DNA of 64,000 nucleotides, from the NCBI GenBank assembly GCA_001773135.1, contig MEVX01000006.1, positions 26,515-90,514 on the forward strand, in the 5' to 3' direction. The DNA is from a candidate division WWE3 bacterium RIFOXYB1_FULL_43_24. GTDB lineage: Bacteria > Patescibacteriota > WWE3 > UBA101185 > UBA10185. Below are positions 18,519-29,317 of this stretch, piece after piece. A program made the position numbers and the translations under genes. How positions within the stretch are numbered: the first letter of the stretch is position 1; each line of letters opens with the position of its first letter. Below the pieces are notes generated by a model, which saw nothing but the letters and a program-made list of their open reading frames with translations, was not told the origin of the DNA and ran no database searches.

Positions 18519-20282
18519 TTACTTCGCGACTCTCAACACCTCTTCGAGAGTTGTTATGCCTTCGACAATTCGGAGGTAACCATCCTGGAGAAGAGTAAGC
18601 ATGCCTAACTTAACCGCGGTTTCGTGAATTTTGCTCGATGGAGCATTTTCAAGAATCAAGCGTGAAATATCTTCTGTCATGTAAAGAAGTTCGTAGATAC
18701 CAATTCTTCCTCTGTAACCGGTGTTACTACATTTTGGACAACCTTTACCGTGCCACAGAGTAAGTTTCTCTTTACCGCTAACATTTTTTAAAATTTTAGA
18801 TATCTCTGGATCTCTGGCCAACAGTGTCTTATTTTCCGAAATCTCGTCTACAATTTTTTTCACACTTTCCTGAACTTCTTCGGGCGGTTCGTATTCTTCT
18901 TTACAGTCCACACAAATTTTTCTGACCAATCTTTGTGCAAGTATTGCGTTAACGGTCGAAGCGAGTAAGAAATTTTCGACGCCCATATCCAGTAATCTGG
19001 GGAGGGCACCTGCAGCTGAGTTTGTGTGCAGAGTAGACAAAACCAAGTGGCCTGTTAGAGCAGCGTGAACTGCAAGTTCAGCCGTATCACCGTCGCGTAT
19101 CTCGCCGACCATGATGATGTTGGGGTCTTGTCTTAGGAAAGATCTAAGACCGTCGGCAAAATCCAGACCAGCCTGGGGGTTGACCTGAACCTGATTTACC
19201 CCCGGCACCCGTATTTCTACCGGATCTTCAAGCGTAACAATATTAACGCGGACGGTGTTGAGTTTACTTAAAGCAGACGCCAGGGTAACAGTTTTTCCTG
19301 AACCTGTGGGGCCTGTTACCAAAAGCATTCCGTTCGGTTTCAAAGAAGCTTCTTCAAATCTTTTTAAAGTGGAACCGCGCATACCGAGGTCGCGGAATGA
19401 AAAAACAGTTCCTTCCTCTTTGAGCAACCTGATAACAACTTTTTCACCGTAAATAGTGGGTAGGGTAGAGATTCTCAGGTCGGTTTCACTTTTTCCTACC
19501 TGAACTTTAAAACGTCCGTCCTGAGGAACTCTTTTCTCATCGATCTTCATTGAAGCCAGAATTTTTATTCTCGCAATAACTGAGTCGTGCATTTCTTTCG
19601 GAAGTTTTCTTTTTTCTTCCAAAATACCGTCGACTCTATACCTTAAGCGGGAACCATCTTCACCGGGCTCAATGTGTATATCCGAAGCTCCTATCTTAAC
19701 GGCTGTCTCTAATATCATCGAGACGATTCTTGCAATAGGTGCGTCGCGTAAAGTAGCGTCAGTTATTTCACCACCGCTCTCTTCGATTTTTAAAGTGGTC
19801 TCGGTAATTTCCTGTAAAGCAGCTGTGATTTCCTCGCCTAATTCTTTTCCTTTTTGCTCTTCGAGAACTTTCTCGATTGTTTTTTCGGTGGTTATATAAG
19901 GAACAATTTTGTATCCTGTCTTTCGTTCTATAAAATCAATTGTCTGAAGATCGAGAGGGTCGATCATCGCCAGGGAAAGTTTATTTTCTTTTAATTCAAA
20001 AGGAACAAATCTGTATTTTTTGGCGACGTTTAGAGGAACAAGATCCATTAAACTAGGATCTACCTGCTCAACTGTAAGGGTAATAAAGGGAACATTGTAA
20101 ACCGCACCTAAAGCCTCAGCGAAATCCTCGGCTTTAACATAACCCCGGTCTTTTACAACCTGCTCAACACTTTTGCCGGTGTTTACGTTTTCAAATTTGA
20201 TAGCAGCAAGCTGATCCGAGTTTATCAGCTTTTTTTCGTACAAAACGTCTGCGACTGTTTTAACTGTATCTGTTTTTAACAT
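18519..20282 (-). CDS. pilB: Type IV pilus assembly ATPase PilB (GspE family)
   Basis: At 587 aa it has an N-terminal T2SSE_N-like domain, Walker A GPTGSGKT and a C-terminal tetracysteine motif (CVDCK...CPKCSNTGYRGR). Confidence 0.9.
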   Translation of the reverse strand: MLKTDTVKTVADVLYEKKLINSDQLAAIKFENVNTGKSVEQVVKDRGYVKAEDFAEALGAVYNVPFITLTVEQVDPSLMDLVPLNVAKKYRFVPFELKENKLSLAMIDPLDLQTIDFIERKTGYKIVPYITTEKTIEKVLEEQKGKELGEEITAALQEITETTLKIEESGGEITDATLRDAPIARIVSMILETAVKIGASDIHIEPGEDGSRLRYRVDGILEEKRKLPKEMHDSVIARIKILASMKIDEKRVPQDGRFKVQVGKSETDLRISTLPTIYGEKVVIRLLKEEGTVFSFRDLGMRGSTLKRFEEASLKPNGMLLVTGPTGSGKTVTLASALSKLNTVRVNIVTLEDPVEIRVPGVNQVQVNPQAGLDFADGLRSFLRQDPNIIMVGEIRDGDTAELAVHAALTGHLVLSTLHTNSAAGALPRLLDMGVENFLLASTVNAILAQRLVRKICVDCKEEYEPPEEVQESVKKIVDEISENKTLLARDPEISKILKNVSGKEKLTLWHGKGCPKCSNTGYRGRIGIYELLYMTEDISRLILENAPSSKIHETAVKLGMLTLLQDGYLRIVEGITTLEEVLRVAK

Positions 20283-20417
20283 AGGGCAGCAAACTTATTT
20301 CTACTTAAATATGTTAACAACTTGCCACAATGTCCGCAATACTTCTTTTAGGCACAACGTAGAAAAGGTCCGATACAAAGTCAGGCACGTTGTCCTCCAT
20401 TAAAGTATAATCTTCCT

Positions 20418-21062
20418 ATGGGAAAAGCGGTACTCATCTACGGGGGAACATTTAAAGATAGGGTAGAGACCTTAAAAAAGCAGGGTGTTTTACAAATGGA
20501 AAACCGGAGTAATCCGGACTTTATGCTAGTGGAGAAGGAAGCAGAGAAAAAGAGTATCGGTGTTGATTATTCACGTAAAGTTAAAAAGTTCTTGCAGGAA
20601 AAACCTTTGAGTGAGGAAAAGAAAACTGTAGTTATACCAAACTCGGAACTCTTAACCCCCGAAGCTCAAAACGCTTTATTAAAAATTCTGGAAGAGCCCC
20701 CTAAGTACGCCGAAATTTTCCTTCTTTCAAAAACCGAGAATTCACTTCTTGAGACGGTAATCTCCAGATGCGTAAGAAAACGCGCCTTCTCTTCAGAAGA
20801 ACTTGAAAAAGAGGCTTCGGGAATACATGAGATATTGAGCATGAGTCCGGGGCAGCGACTGGATAAAGCAAAAGAAATATCCGAAACGGAAAAAGAAGAA
20901 ACCGTGGAAATTATGGAGAAATGGGTACGCGAATTACATCTTACAACACGGGGGGAAACCGTAGCTTTACAAATAAAAAAAATACTACAAACCAAAAAAA
21001 ACCTCGAGGGGACTAATGTGAACCAGCGACTGGCATTAGAAGCCCTTTTGCTTGATATGTAG
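20418..21062 (+). CDS. holB: DNA polymerase III delta-prime-like subunit, short form
   Basis: LKILEEPPKYAEIFLLSKTENSLLETVISRC matches the delta-prime / clamp-loader sensor region (LEEPP...T...SRC). The protein is only 214 aa. Confidence 0.65.
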   Translation: MGKAVLIYGGTFKDRVETLKKQGVLQMENRSNPDFMLVEKEAEKKSIGVDYSRKVKKFLQEKPLSEEKKTVVIPNSELLTPEAQNALLKILEEPPKYAEIFLLSKTENSLLETVISRCVRKRAFSSEELEKEASGIHEILSMSPGQRLDKAKEISETEKEETVEIMEKWVRELHLTTRGETVALQIKKILQTKKNLEGTNVNQRLALEALLLDM

Positions 21063-21121
21063 GCAAAAAACGCCTGAAAACTGTTGAATTAACCTTCCTA
21101 CTGATATACAATACTAGGGTT

Positions 21122-23101
21122 ATGGCTAACAACTACGATAATTACAGCTCCGACCAAATACAGGTTCTTGAAGGACTCGATCCCGTCAGAAAAAGACCGG
21201 GGATGTATATTGGTTCCACCGGACAAGAGGGACTGCATCATTTAATAACCGAGGTTGTAAATAACTCAATGGATGAAGCCATCGGAGGTTTCGCTAATCA
21301 TATCAAACTCGTTTTTACCGAATATGGTTCCGCAATAGTTTACGATAACGGACGCGGTATTCCTTATGATATTAAGAAAGGCTACGGCGTAAGTGCGCTG
21401 GAACTTGCCTACACAAAATTACACGCAGGCGGAAAATTCGGCGGAGGGGGGTACAAAGTTTCAAGCGGATTGCACGGCGTAGGAGCTTCCGTTGTTAACG
21501 CACTGTCAAAGTGGTGCAGGGTAGTGGTCAAAAGAGGCTCGGATACAGTTATACAGGAGTATGAAAACGGCGGCCACGTAGTAAGACCGGTAGAGAAAAT
21601 AGATATCTCGAAACCAAAAACAATATCAAAACTTAAATCTGCGCCGTGGGGTATAGATCTTTCAACTTTTGATTATGAAACCGGCACTGTGGTGGAATTT
21701 ATGCCTGACGAAAAGATTTTTGAAACTACTAACTTCGATTTTAAATATTTTTTAAACCAATTAAGAGAATACGCCTACCTTACTGCAGGTATAAAGTTCG
21801 AGCTCGAAGACCACAGAACCGGTCAGCACTATACCTATCATTTCGAGGGTGGGGTAAAGGCGTACTTAACCGCCTTAAATAGAAATAAAACAGTATTAAA
21901 CCCGACCGTCTATCACGTTAAAAAGGACTACGATGACGTAACAGTCGAGGCAGCACTACAATACAACGATTCGTTCACTGAAAACGTGCTGACTTTCGCA
22001 AACCATCTTAAAAATTCCGAAGGCGGGACCCATTTAACCGGCTTTAGAACCGCATTGACCAAATGCGTAAATGACTACGCGAGAAAAGCCGGTTATCTAA
22101 AGGAAAAAGACTCCAATTTGTCCGGAGATGACTTGAGGGAAGGACTTACCGCGATAATCTCAGTATCACTTGATTCCGCCTCACTGCAGTTTGAAGGTCA
22201 GACCAAAGCTAAGTTGGGCAACACAAACGTCAGAGTTGCTGTGGAATCAGTCATTAAAGATTCGCTTGAAACTTTTTTCAATGAAAATCCCAAGGACGCC
22301 CAGACAATAATAGAGAAAAACATCCTTGCACTTAAAGCCCGAATGGCAGCCAAAGCCGCGAGGGATACAGTTATTAGAAAGACGGCTCTCGAGGGCAGCG
22401 GTGTCCTTCCCGGAAAATTAGCCGACTGCTCTAAAAAGGATGCGGAAAAAACTGAGATATTTATCGTCGAGGGAGACTCGGCGGGAGGATCAGCAAAACA
22501 GGGTCGAAACAGGGAGTATCAGGCCATTCTACCTATATTTGGGAAGATTCTGAACACAGAAAGAGCTCGTTTGGATAAAATAGTTGACAGTGACAAGTTT
22601 AAAGCCCTTATTATCGCCATAGGTGCGGGGATAGGGGAGCAGTATAATCCGGCCAAGGTCAGATACGGAAAAATAATACTAATGGCAGATGCCGACGTCG
22701 ACGGAATGCACATTGTGTCCCTTTATTTAACATTCTTTTACAGACACATGCCTGAGCTTATACAGGAAGGACATATTTACGTCGCGGTGCCTCCTTTATA
22801 TAAAGCTGTGTGGGGAAAAGAGAAGAGGTACCTTTTTGACGACAGGGACAGAGAAAAATTCTTAAAAACTCCCGAAGGACAAAAGGCGGTAACACAAAGG
22901 TTTAAAGGTCTGGGAGAGATGAATGCCGACGAACTATGGGAAACTACAATGAACCCCGAAACAAGACGACTTAAACAGATAAATGTCGAGGACGCTTCTA
23001 GAGCCGACGAGGTTTTTACAATGCTTATGGGCGAAGAAGTGGCTCCCAGAAAAAGATTTATTCAAACACACGCTAAACAGGCAAATCTGGATATTACATA
23101 A
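21122..23101 (+). CDS. gyrB: DNA gyrase subunit B
   Basis: A GHKL ATPase N-terminus (HHLITEVVNNSMDEA), a Toprim region EGDSAGG and the PLxGK motif identify it. Length is 659 aa. Confidence 0.95.
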   Translation: MANNYDNYSSDQIQVLEGLDPVRKRPGMYIGSTGQEGLHHLITEVVNNSMDEAIGGFANHIKLVFTEYGSAIVYDNGRGIPYDIKKGYGVSALELAYTKLHAGGKFGGGGYKVSSGLHGVGASVVNALSKWCRVVVKRGSDTVIQEYENGGHVVRPVEKIDISKPKTISKLKSAPWGIDLSTFDYETGTVVEFMPDEKIFETTNFDFKYFLNQLREYAYLTAGIKFELEDHRTGQHYTYHFEGGVKAYLTALNRNKTVLNPTVYHVKKDYDDVTVEAALQYNDSFTENVLTFANHLKNSEGGTHLTGFRTALTKCVNDYARKAGYLKEKDSNLSGDDLREGLTAIISVSLDSASLQFEGQTKAKLGNTNVRVAVESVIKDSLETFFNENPKDAQTIIEKNILALKARMAAKAARDTVIRKTALEGSGVLPGKLADCSKKDAEKTEIFIVEGDSAGGSAKQGRNREYQAILPIFGKILNTERARLDKIVDSDKFKALIIAIGAGIGEQYNPAKVRYGKIILMADADVDGMHIVSLYLTFFYRHMPELIQEGHIYVAVPPLYKAVWGKEKRYLFDDRDREKFLKTPEGQKAVTQRFKGLGEMNADELWETTMNPETRRLKQINVEDASRADEVFTMLMGEEVAPRKRFIQTHAKQANLDIT

Positions 23102-23146
23102 ACCCCAAAGTTAGTTTATACTTTTTTCAAAATACTATCCCGAAGA

Positions 23147-23449
23147 TTGAAGGAGAGAATGATGAGTGATTTGCAGGCAATTACAACTTGCCGTATAGGC
23201 GCGCCGGTGACGGAGAAAGTAGCTACCGACAACCTTAAACACCTGGTGAAAATTCCTGTAACACTTATTTCAGCGATTCAAACCAAGGAATTTCTTTTTT
23301 ACATCCAGGCATCCAAAACGGACAACACGTGGGAACTTCACCGCCCGACTTTGGAAAAGATTAGGGTACAAATAATGGACGAGGGTTTCGAACCGGAAGA
23401 TTTTAATTTTGAGCTCTTCAAGTGCCGAGTGAAAAACTTCCTTAATTGA
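23147..23449 (+). CDS. Hypothetical protein (100 aa)
   Basis: An ORF with its own downstream terminator hairpin. No recognisable motif was found. Confidence 0.4.
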   Translation: MKERMMSDLQAITTCRIGAPVTEKVATDNLKHLVKIPVTLISAIQTKEFLFYIQASKTDNTWELHRPTLEKIRVQIMDEGFEPEDFNFELFKCRVKNFLN

Positions 23450-23477
23450 AACTACATCTGCCGCTTCCTCCCGGCTC

Positions 23478-23518
23478 GGGCCCAAAAAATAAAATTTTTG
23501 GGCCCTCTTCTTTTCCAA
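23478..23518 (+). terminator. Rho-independent terminator (GGGCCCAAAAA / TTTTTGGGCCC hairpin plus T-rich tail)
   Basis: A perfect 11 bp inverted repeat at 23478-23488 and 23495-23505 is followed by tcttcttttcc. Confidence 0.6.
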
Positions 23519-23599
23519 GCCACTAAATTTCATCCGGCTTAAGTGCCGGAAACCTTACGGTGTACACACCGGGAACCGCATAATACAAGCAAAATAAGG

Positions 23600-23629
23600 T
23601 TGACAAACAAACTTGTAGGCGGTTAAAAT
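23600..23629 (+). promoter_or_regulatory. Putative promoter (TTGACA, 18 nt spacer, TAAAAT) for hppA, giving a very short or leaderless transcript
   Basis: TTGACA at 23600-23605 and TAAAAT at 23624-23629. The ATG at 23637 is only 7 nt downstream of the -10, and no Shine-Dalgarno is possible. Confidence 0.4.
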
Positions 23630-23636
23630 TCTCCTC

Positions 23637-25862
23637 ATGATTGGATTAAAAGATTTCTCAACGTTTGAAGTTGCAAGTTTGTTCGGTGTTTTGGGTATAG
23701 CTCTTCTAGGGCTTTACTACGCATTCTATCTGAGGCGTCAAATTTTAAGCATAGCCTTGCCGGGAGGCAAAATGCAAGAAGTATGGAGCGGCATTAAAGA
23801 GGGGGCCGAAGCATACTTAGCATCACAATGGAAGATCATCCGTAATATGATCGGCGTACTTGTAGTTGTGCTGTTTCTCAGCGTATGGGTCGTGCAACCT
23901 TCTGCCGAAGCTACAGAATTATTCGGTGCAAACGCAAAAATTATCATCGCGGTAGGACGCGCGGTGGCGTTTTTAGCCGGAGCAATGTTCTCAGCAATGG
24001 TCGGCCGTCTGGGGATGAGAATGGCAATAGATGCGTCCATTAGAGTCGCCACTCTCGCGTCTAAAGAAAAGGCGCCGGAAGCTCTAAAAACCGCTTACCG
24101 TGCAGGTACCGTTACGGGAATGCTTACTGACGGACTTGGGTTGCTGGGCGGAACTTTAATTTTCATACTCTTCGGAAAAGCAGCTCCCGACGCATTATTG
24201 GGATTCGGCTTCGGAGGTACTTTGCTTGCTCTATTAATGAGAGTCGGTGGTGGTATTTACACCAAAGCTGCAGATGTGGGTGCTGACCTTGTAGGAAAAG
24301 TCGAGGCAGGTATACCTGAGGACGACCCAAGAAATCCTGCAGTTGTCGCTGACTTGGTCGGAGATAACGTCGGAGACTGCGCAGGAATGGCAGCAGACAT
24401 TTTCGAAAGCTACGAAGTTACTATAGTGTCATCATTAATTCTTGGATTGGCCTTATCATCTATAACAGGATCCGTAAAATGGATAGTTTTTCCTTTAATA
24501 GTTAGAGGAATCGGGGTATTGAGTTCTATAGTAGGAACCGCATTTGTTAAGAGCAGAAACAACGAAAACCCGTTACATACTATTAATAGAGGCTTCTATA
24601 CGTCGGCTGCAATGTCCGTTGTCTTATTCGCTGTTCTTGCGCAGTTCTATATGCATGAGTGGAGAGCGTTCGGTTCAGTCGTTATCGGCGTTATTTTAGC
24701 TATCGTCATCGATCACATAACGGGTTACTTTACTGACGGTGCCTATGCGCCTGTTAAAAAGATTGCTGAACAAACTAAAAGTGGAGCAGCCACAACAATA
24801 CTTTCCGGTCTTTCAACGGGTATGGAGTCCAGCGTTTGGTCAGCCCTCGTCATTGCATTAACAATAGTCGGGGCGATTGCAATTTATTCGGGATTCCCCG
24901 CCGTATACGTTTTGTACGGGGTATCGCTAACCGGTATCGGCATGTTAACTCTTACCGGCAACAATGTTGCTATGGACTCGTTTGGCCCTATATCTGACAA
25001 CGCGGGGGGTATCGGGGAAATGGCAAACATTGATTATAAGGGGCAGGCTATTTTGGCCCGTCTTGACGCAGCAGGAAACACCACAAAAGCTATTACTAAA
25101 GGTGTGGCTATAGGAAGTGCGGTTATCGCAGCAGTTTCATTATTCGGTTCTTTTATAACTGACGTTGAAAAAGTAAGACCCGGAACTTTGTCCGGCGGTA
25201 TTAGAGTATCCGAACCTCTGGTCTTCGTAGGACTTTTGATCGGCGGTGCTTTACCATTACTATTCAGCTCCCGTCTAATCGACGCTGTTTCGCGTGCAGC
25301 CTCAACAATTATTGCTGACGTGAGAAGACAGTTTAGAATTCCCGGCATATTAGAGGGCACTGTAAAACCTGATTACGCTACAACCGTAGCCATCTGTACA
25401 AAATCGGCTCAAAAGGAATTACTTCCCATAGCTCTTTTGGCTGTTTTAAGTTCGGTGCTGGTAGGACTTTTATTCGGGGTCGAACCTCTCGGAGGTTTCC
25501 TCGCCGGTTTGATTTTGTCAGGACAACTGCTCGCAGTATTCATGTCCAACGCGGGTGGTGCCTGGGATAATGCTAAAAAATATGTTGAAGAAGGTAATTT
25601 CGGAGGTAAAGGTTCTGAAGCTCACAAGGCCAGCGTCGTGGGAGACACTGTAGGAGATCCGTTGAAGGACACCGCAGGTCCTGCTCTCAATCCTTTGCTC
25701 AAAGTCATTAACCTGATTTCGGTTATCATAGCTCCTCTTTTGGTCATGAGTATTAACCCGTTTGTTAAATACGGGTTTGCTGCTGTTATATTGGCAACGC
25801 TCGCCTGGTTGCTTTTCTTTCAGAAAAGTGACTCTAAAAAGGCAGCTTTTGCTCAGGAGTAA
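23637..25862 (+). CDS. hppA: Membrane-bound proton/sodium-translocating pyrophosphatase
   Basis: Contains GDNVGDCAGMAADIFESY, the hallmark H+-PPase motif, and DTVGDPLKDTAGPALN. The protein is 741 aa and polytopic. Confidence 0.95.
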   Translation: MIGLKDFSTFEVASLFGVLGIALLGLYYAFYLRRQILSIALPGGKMQEVWSGIKEGAEAYLASQWKIIRNMIGVLVVVLFLSVWVVQPSAEATELFGANAKIIIAVGRAVAFLAGAMFSAMVGRLGMRMAIDASIRVATLASKEKAPEALKTAYRAGTVTGMLTDGLGLLGGTLIFILFGKAAPDALLGFGFGGTLLALLMRVGGGIYTKAADVGADLVGKVEAGIPEDDPRNPAVVADLVGDNVGDCAGMAADIFESYEVTIVSSLILGLALSSITGSVKWIVFPLIVRGIGVLSSIVGTAFVKSRNNENPLHTINRGFYTSAAMSVVLFAVLAQFYMHEWRAFGSVVIGVILAIVIDHITGYFTDGAYAPVKKIAEQTKSGAATTILSGLSTGMESSVWSALVIALTIVGAIAIYSGFPAVYVLYGVSLTGIGMLTLTGNNVAMDSFGPISDNAGGIGEMANIDYKGQAILARLDAAGNTTKAITKGVAIGSAVIAAVSLFGSFITDVEKVRPGTLSGGIRVSEPLVFVGLLIGGALPLLFSSRLIDAVSRAASTIIADVRRQFRIPGILEGTVKPDYATTVAICTKSAQKELLPIALLAVLSSVLVGLLFGVEPLGGFLAGLILSGQLLAVFMSNAGGAWDNAKKYVEEGNFGGKGSEAHKASVVGDTVGDPLKDTAGPALNPLLKVINLISVIIAPLLVMSINPFVKYGFAAVILATLAWLLFFQKSDSKKAAFAQE

Positions 25863-25883
25863 TTAGGTCACAACAGCTTTCGT

Positions 25884-25916
25884 GAAAGACCGCGCCCGGC
25901 GCGGTCTTTCTTTTTC
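25884..25916 (+). terminator. Rho-independent terminator (GAAAGACCGCGCC / GGCGCGGTCTTTC plus T5)
   Basis: A GC-rich 13 bp inverted repeat is followed by ttttt, directly after the hppA stop. Confidence 0.7.
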
Positions 25917-26019
25917 CTCAAACAACCCGGCTCCGGCAAACCATTTGCGGCGTTTTTCCCTTTATAGCACTAAAAAAGGGGTAGAAAGACAACCGAAAAA
26001 GTGTTAATATTATTTAGTT

Positions 26020-28590
26020 ATGGCCAAGAAAACAGACGAAATAACTCAACTAACTCAGGAGGAGCTGGATGAAAGAATAATCAAAACCGAAATTACGGAT
26101 GAGATGCAAAGTTCATATCTGGACTACGCAATGTCGGTTATCGTCTCCAGAGCTTTGCCTGACGTCAGGGACGGCCTCAAACCGGTGCAGAGAAGAATAA
26201 TATACGCAATGCAAGACCAGAACATGACTGCTTCAACCAAATTCCATAAGTGCGCGGCTGTTGTAGGAGAAGTCTTAAAAAAGTACCACCCTCACGGCGA
26301 CACCTCGGTTTACGAAGCTCTTGTAAGAATGGCTCAGGACTTCAACCTGAGATACCCCCTGGTTTCCCCCCAGGGAAACTTCGGAAGTATTGACGGGGAT
26401 CCGCCGGCAGCCATGAGGTATACAGAGTGCAAGCTTCAAAAGATTTCCGAAGAACTGTACTCCGACATAGACAAAGAAACCATAGCATTCGTAATGAATG
26501 ACCTGCAAAACTACGAACCTACCTATTTACCCAGTCTTTTACCCAATTTGTTGCTAAACGGCGCGGCAGGTATTGCCGTAGGTATGGCAACAAACGTGCC
26601 TCCCCATAACCTTACCGAAGTTATTGAGGGCATAGAGCTTTTAATTGAAAAGGCTTTGGAAATAGGCGACAAACCCGAAAAAGGTGCAAAAGAAAAAATC
26701 GCCAAGCTTAATTTCGAGTCATCTGCCAACGTCGAAGATCTCGTAAAGATAATAAAAGGACCTGATTTCCCGACAGGCGGAACGATTTATGATCAAAAAG
26801 AAATAATACAGATGTACGCAACAGGGAAGGGTAGGGTAGTGACCCGCGCGACGATGGGGGTAGAAGAAGGAAAAGGCGACAAATTAAAGCTCGTGGTGAC
26901 CGAAATTCCTTATATGGTCAACAAATCGACCTTAATATCCAAAATCGCCGACCTGGTAAAAGACAAAAGGATAGAGGGAATCTCTGACTTAAGGGACGAA
27001 TCCAATAAACAGGGAATAAGGATTGTCATAGAACTCAAAAAAGAAGCAGTGGTAAAGAAAATACAGAATCAGCTTTATAAATATACTCAACTTCAGAACA
27101 CTTTCAACGCAAATTTCGTTGCTTTACTGGACAACGAACCCAAGCTCATGACCCTCAAAATGATATTAGAGGAGTTTGTGCGACACCGACAGCAAGTAGT
27201 GGTCAATAGAACAATTTTCTTACTCAAGAAAGCTCGTGAAAGAGAACACATTCTGCAAGGTCTGAAAATTGCGCTGGATAATCTCGATGCTGTCATAGCA
27301 CTCATCAGGGCAAGCAAGGATGCCGAGGTTGCAAAGCTGGGATTAATGAAAAAGTTCGGACTTTCAGAAATCCAGGCTCAGGCCATACTGGACATGCAGC
27401 TAAGAAAACTGGCCGCACTGGAAAGACAGAAGATAGAAGACGAATTAAAACAGATAATCGCCACAATAGAAGACTACGAAGACCTGTTAGCCTCACCGGA
27501 AAGAATCATAGACGTAGTCAAAAAAGAGCTTTCCGATCTTAAGCAAAGATACGGAGATAAAAGAAAAACTATCGTGGTTAAAGGAATGGTGGGGGAGCTT
27601 TCTGATGAAGATCTTATAATCGACGAGCCTTGTATCGTTACAATAAGCGAAAGCGGCTATATTAAAAGACTTAAAGAGGACACGTACAAGAAACAGGGTA
27701 GGGGAGGAAAAGGAGTAGTCGGGCAGGGATTGAAAGAAGAAGATAGCGTAGACACAATCAGAACCTGTTCCACACATGACTGGGCTCTGTTCTTTACGAA
27801 CACCGGGCGCGTTTACAAGATGCGCGTGTGGGACATACCCGAATCCTCCAGAACAGCCAAAGGCACACCACTGGTCAACTTTTTAAGCACCACGCAAAGC
27901 GAAAGGATTGAGGCCTTCTTAACCGTAACTACAGCCGACATGTCCGGAGAAAAAGGCTTTGTATTCTTTGTAACGGAAAAAGGTGTCGTTAAGAGAACCG
28001 GTATGCCGGAGTTCTCAAATATCAGATCCTCGGGAATACTGGCCATAAAGCTCGGGGAGGGAGATAATCTCGCCTTTGCCGGAATCACTTATGGTGAAGA
28101 CGACGTCCTTATCACCACAACTATGGGACAATCAATAAGATTTAGTGAAAAAGATGTAAGAGACATGGGCCGGGCAGCGGGAGGTGTTACGGGTATAAAA
28201 CTATCTAAGGGAAACGACAAAGTCGTAGGTTCGGTGATAATTCCAAAGAATGCCAAGAACATAGACCTCCTCGTCGTATCCGATAAAGGATACGGAAAGA
28301 GGACGAAGACGGGCGAGTATAAAACACAGAGTAGGGCAGGATCCGGAATATTAACATACAAAGTAACGGATAAGACCGGCCACCTGGTTAGCGCCAGAGC
28401 AGTAAACACGGGTAACGGGTCGGACGTCCTCCTGGCTACCTCCAGTGGGAAAGTCCTAAGAATAGGGGCTAAAAACGTACCTGTATTGGGCAGAGCAACG
28501 CAGGGCGTCAGATTAATAAAACTTGACTCGGGCGATACCTTAACATCAGCTGCAGTATTGGATGAATCACTTGAAGAAATCACCGAATAA
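26020..28590 (+). CDS. gyrA: DNA gyrase subunit A
   Basis: Contains AAMRYTE with the active-site Tyr and a QRR-like region. C-terminal beta-pinwheel repeats are present. Length is 856 aa. Confidence 0.95.
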   Translation: MAKKTDEITQLTQEELDERIIKTEITDEMQSSYLDYAMSVIVSRALPDVRDGLKPVQRRIIYAMQDQNMTASTKFHKCAAVVGEVLKKYHPHGDTSVYEALVRMAQDFNLRYPLVSPQGNFGSIDGDPPAAMRYTECKLQKISEELYSDIDKETIAFVMNDLQNYEPTYLPSLLPNLLLNGAAGIAVGMATNVPPHNLTEVIEGIELLIEKALEIGDKPEKGAKEKIAKLNFESSANVEDLVKIIKGPDFPTGGTIYDQKEIIQMYATGKGRVVTRATMGVEEGKGDKLKLVVTEIPYMVNKSTLISKIADLVKDKRIEGISDLRDESNKQGIRIVIELKKEAVVKKIQNQLYKYTQLQNTFNANFVALLDNEPKLMTLKMILEEFVRHRQQVVVNRTIFLLKKAREREHILQGLKIALDNLDAVIALIRASKDAEVAKLGLMKKFGLSEIQAQAILDMQLRKLAALERQKIEDELKQIIATIEDYEDLLASPERIIDVVKKELSDLKQRYGDKRKTIVVKGMVGELSDEDLIIDEPCIVTISESGYIKRLKEDTYKKQGRGGKGVVGQGLKEEDSVDTIRTCSTHDWALFFTNTGRVYKMRVWDIPESSRTAKGTPLVNFLSTTQSERIEAFLTVTTADMSGEKGFVFFVTEKGVVKRTGMPEFSNIRSSGILAIKLGEGDNLAFAGITYGEDDVLITTTMGQSIRFSEKDVRDMGRAAGGVTGIKLSKGNDKVVGSVIIPKNAKNIDLLVVSDKGYGKRTKTGEYKTQSRAGSGILTYKVTDKTGHLVSARAVNTGNGSDVLLATSSGKVLRIGAKNVPVLGRATQGVRLIKLDSGDTLTSAAVLDESLEEITE

Positions 28591-28604
28591 TTTATCCTGA
28601 ACGT

Positions 28605-29294
28605 GTGAGATTTCCTGAAAACTTTCAAATAGAAAAAGAGTTATTCCTGTCAAAGGGGTATAAATACATAGCAGGCGTCGATGAAGTGGGTAGGGGACCC
28701 CTGGCAGGTCCTTTGGTTGTAGCTGCAGCGATTTTGGATGTAGAGAAAATGCTGGGGATAGAAGATGCCCTCATCAATAGGATTAACGACGTCGAATACA
28801 TATATAAGACAGACTACAAAAATGTAACTGACAGCAAAAAAATTTCACCAAACAAACGTAGCAAAACAAATGAATTTATCGTGCAAGAATGCATTTCTTT
28901 CTCAATTGCCGAAATAGACAACGAAACAATCGACAGGGAAGGAATGTCAATTTGCATCTCCCGGGCTTTTGAAAAGGCGGTTGCCGGCTTGAAAATATCA
29001 CCTGAGTTCGTCATTACAGATGCAGTAAAGATAAACACAATAGAAAAAGACCACCAGCTAAACATAATCGCGGGAGATCTAAAAAGTATTAGTGTCGGGG
29101 CAGCTTCTATAATCGCCAAAGTTTATAGGGATAATTTGATGGTGAAAATGGATAAAAAGTTTCCTCTTTACGGCTTTTCTTCCCACAAGGGATACGGAAC
29201 TCGCAGGCATATCGAAGCGTTAAAATTACACGGTCCGTGCGAAATTCACAGAAAAAGTTTTGAGCCCCTCGCTTCTTTCCTACATACTTGCTGA
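28605..29294 (+). CDS. rnhB: Ribonuclease HII
   Basis: GVDEVGRGPLAGPLVVAAAIL is the RNase HII DEVGRG catalytic motif. The protein is about 229 aa. The true start may be the GTG one codon upstream. Confidence 0.85.
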   Translation: MRFPENFQIEKELFLSKGYKYIAGVDEVGRGPLAGPLVVAAAILDVEKMLGIEDALINRINDVEYIYKTDYKNVTDSKKISPNKRSKTNEFIVQECISFSIAEIDNETIDREGMSICISRAFEKAVAGLKISPEFVITDAVKINTIEKDHQLNIIAGDLKSISVGAASIIAKVYRDNLMVKMDKKFPLYGFSSHKGYGTRRHIEALKLHGPCEIHRKSFEPLASFLHTC

Positions 29295-29317
29295 TCTTTT
29301 TTTCCTGACGTAACATA

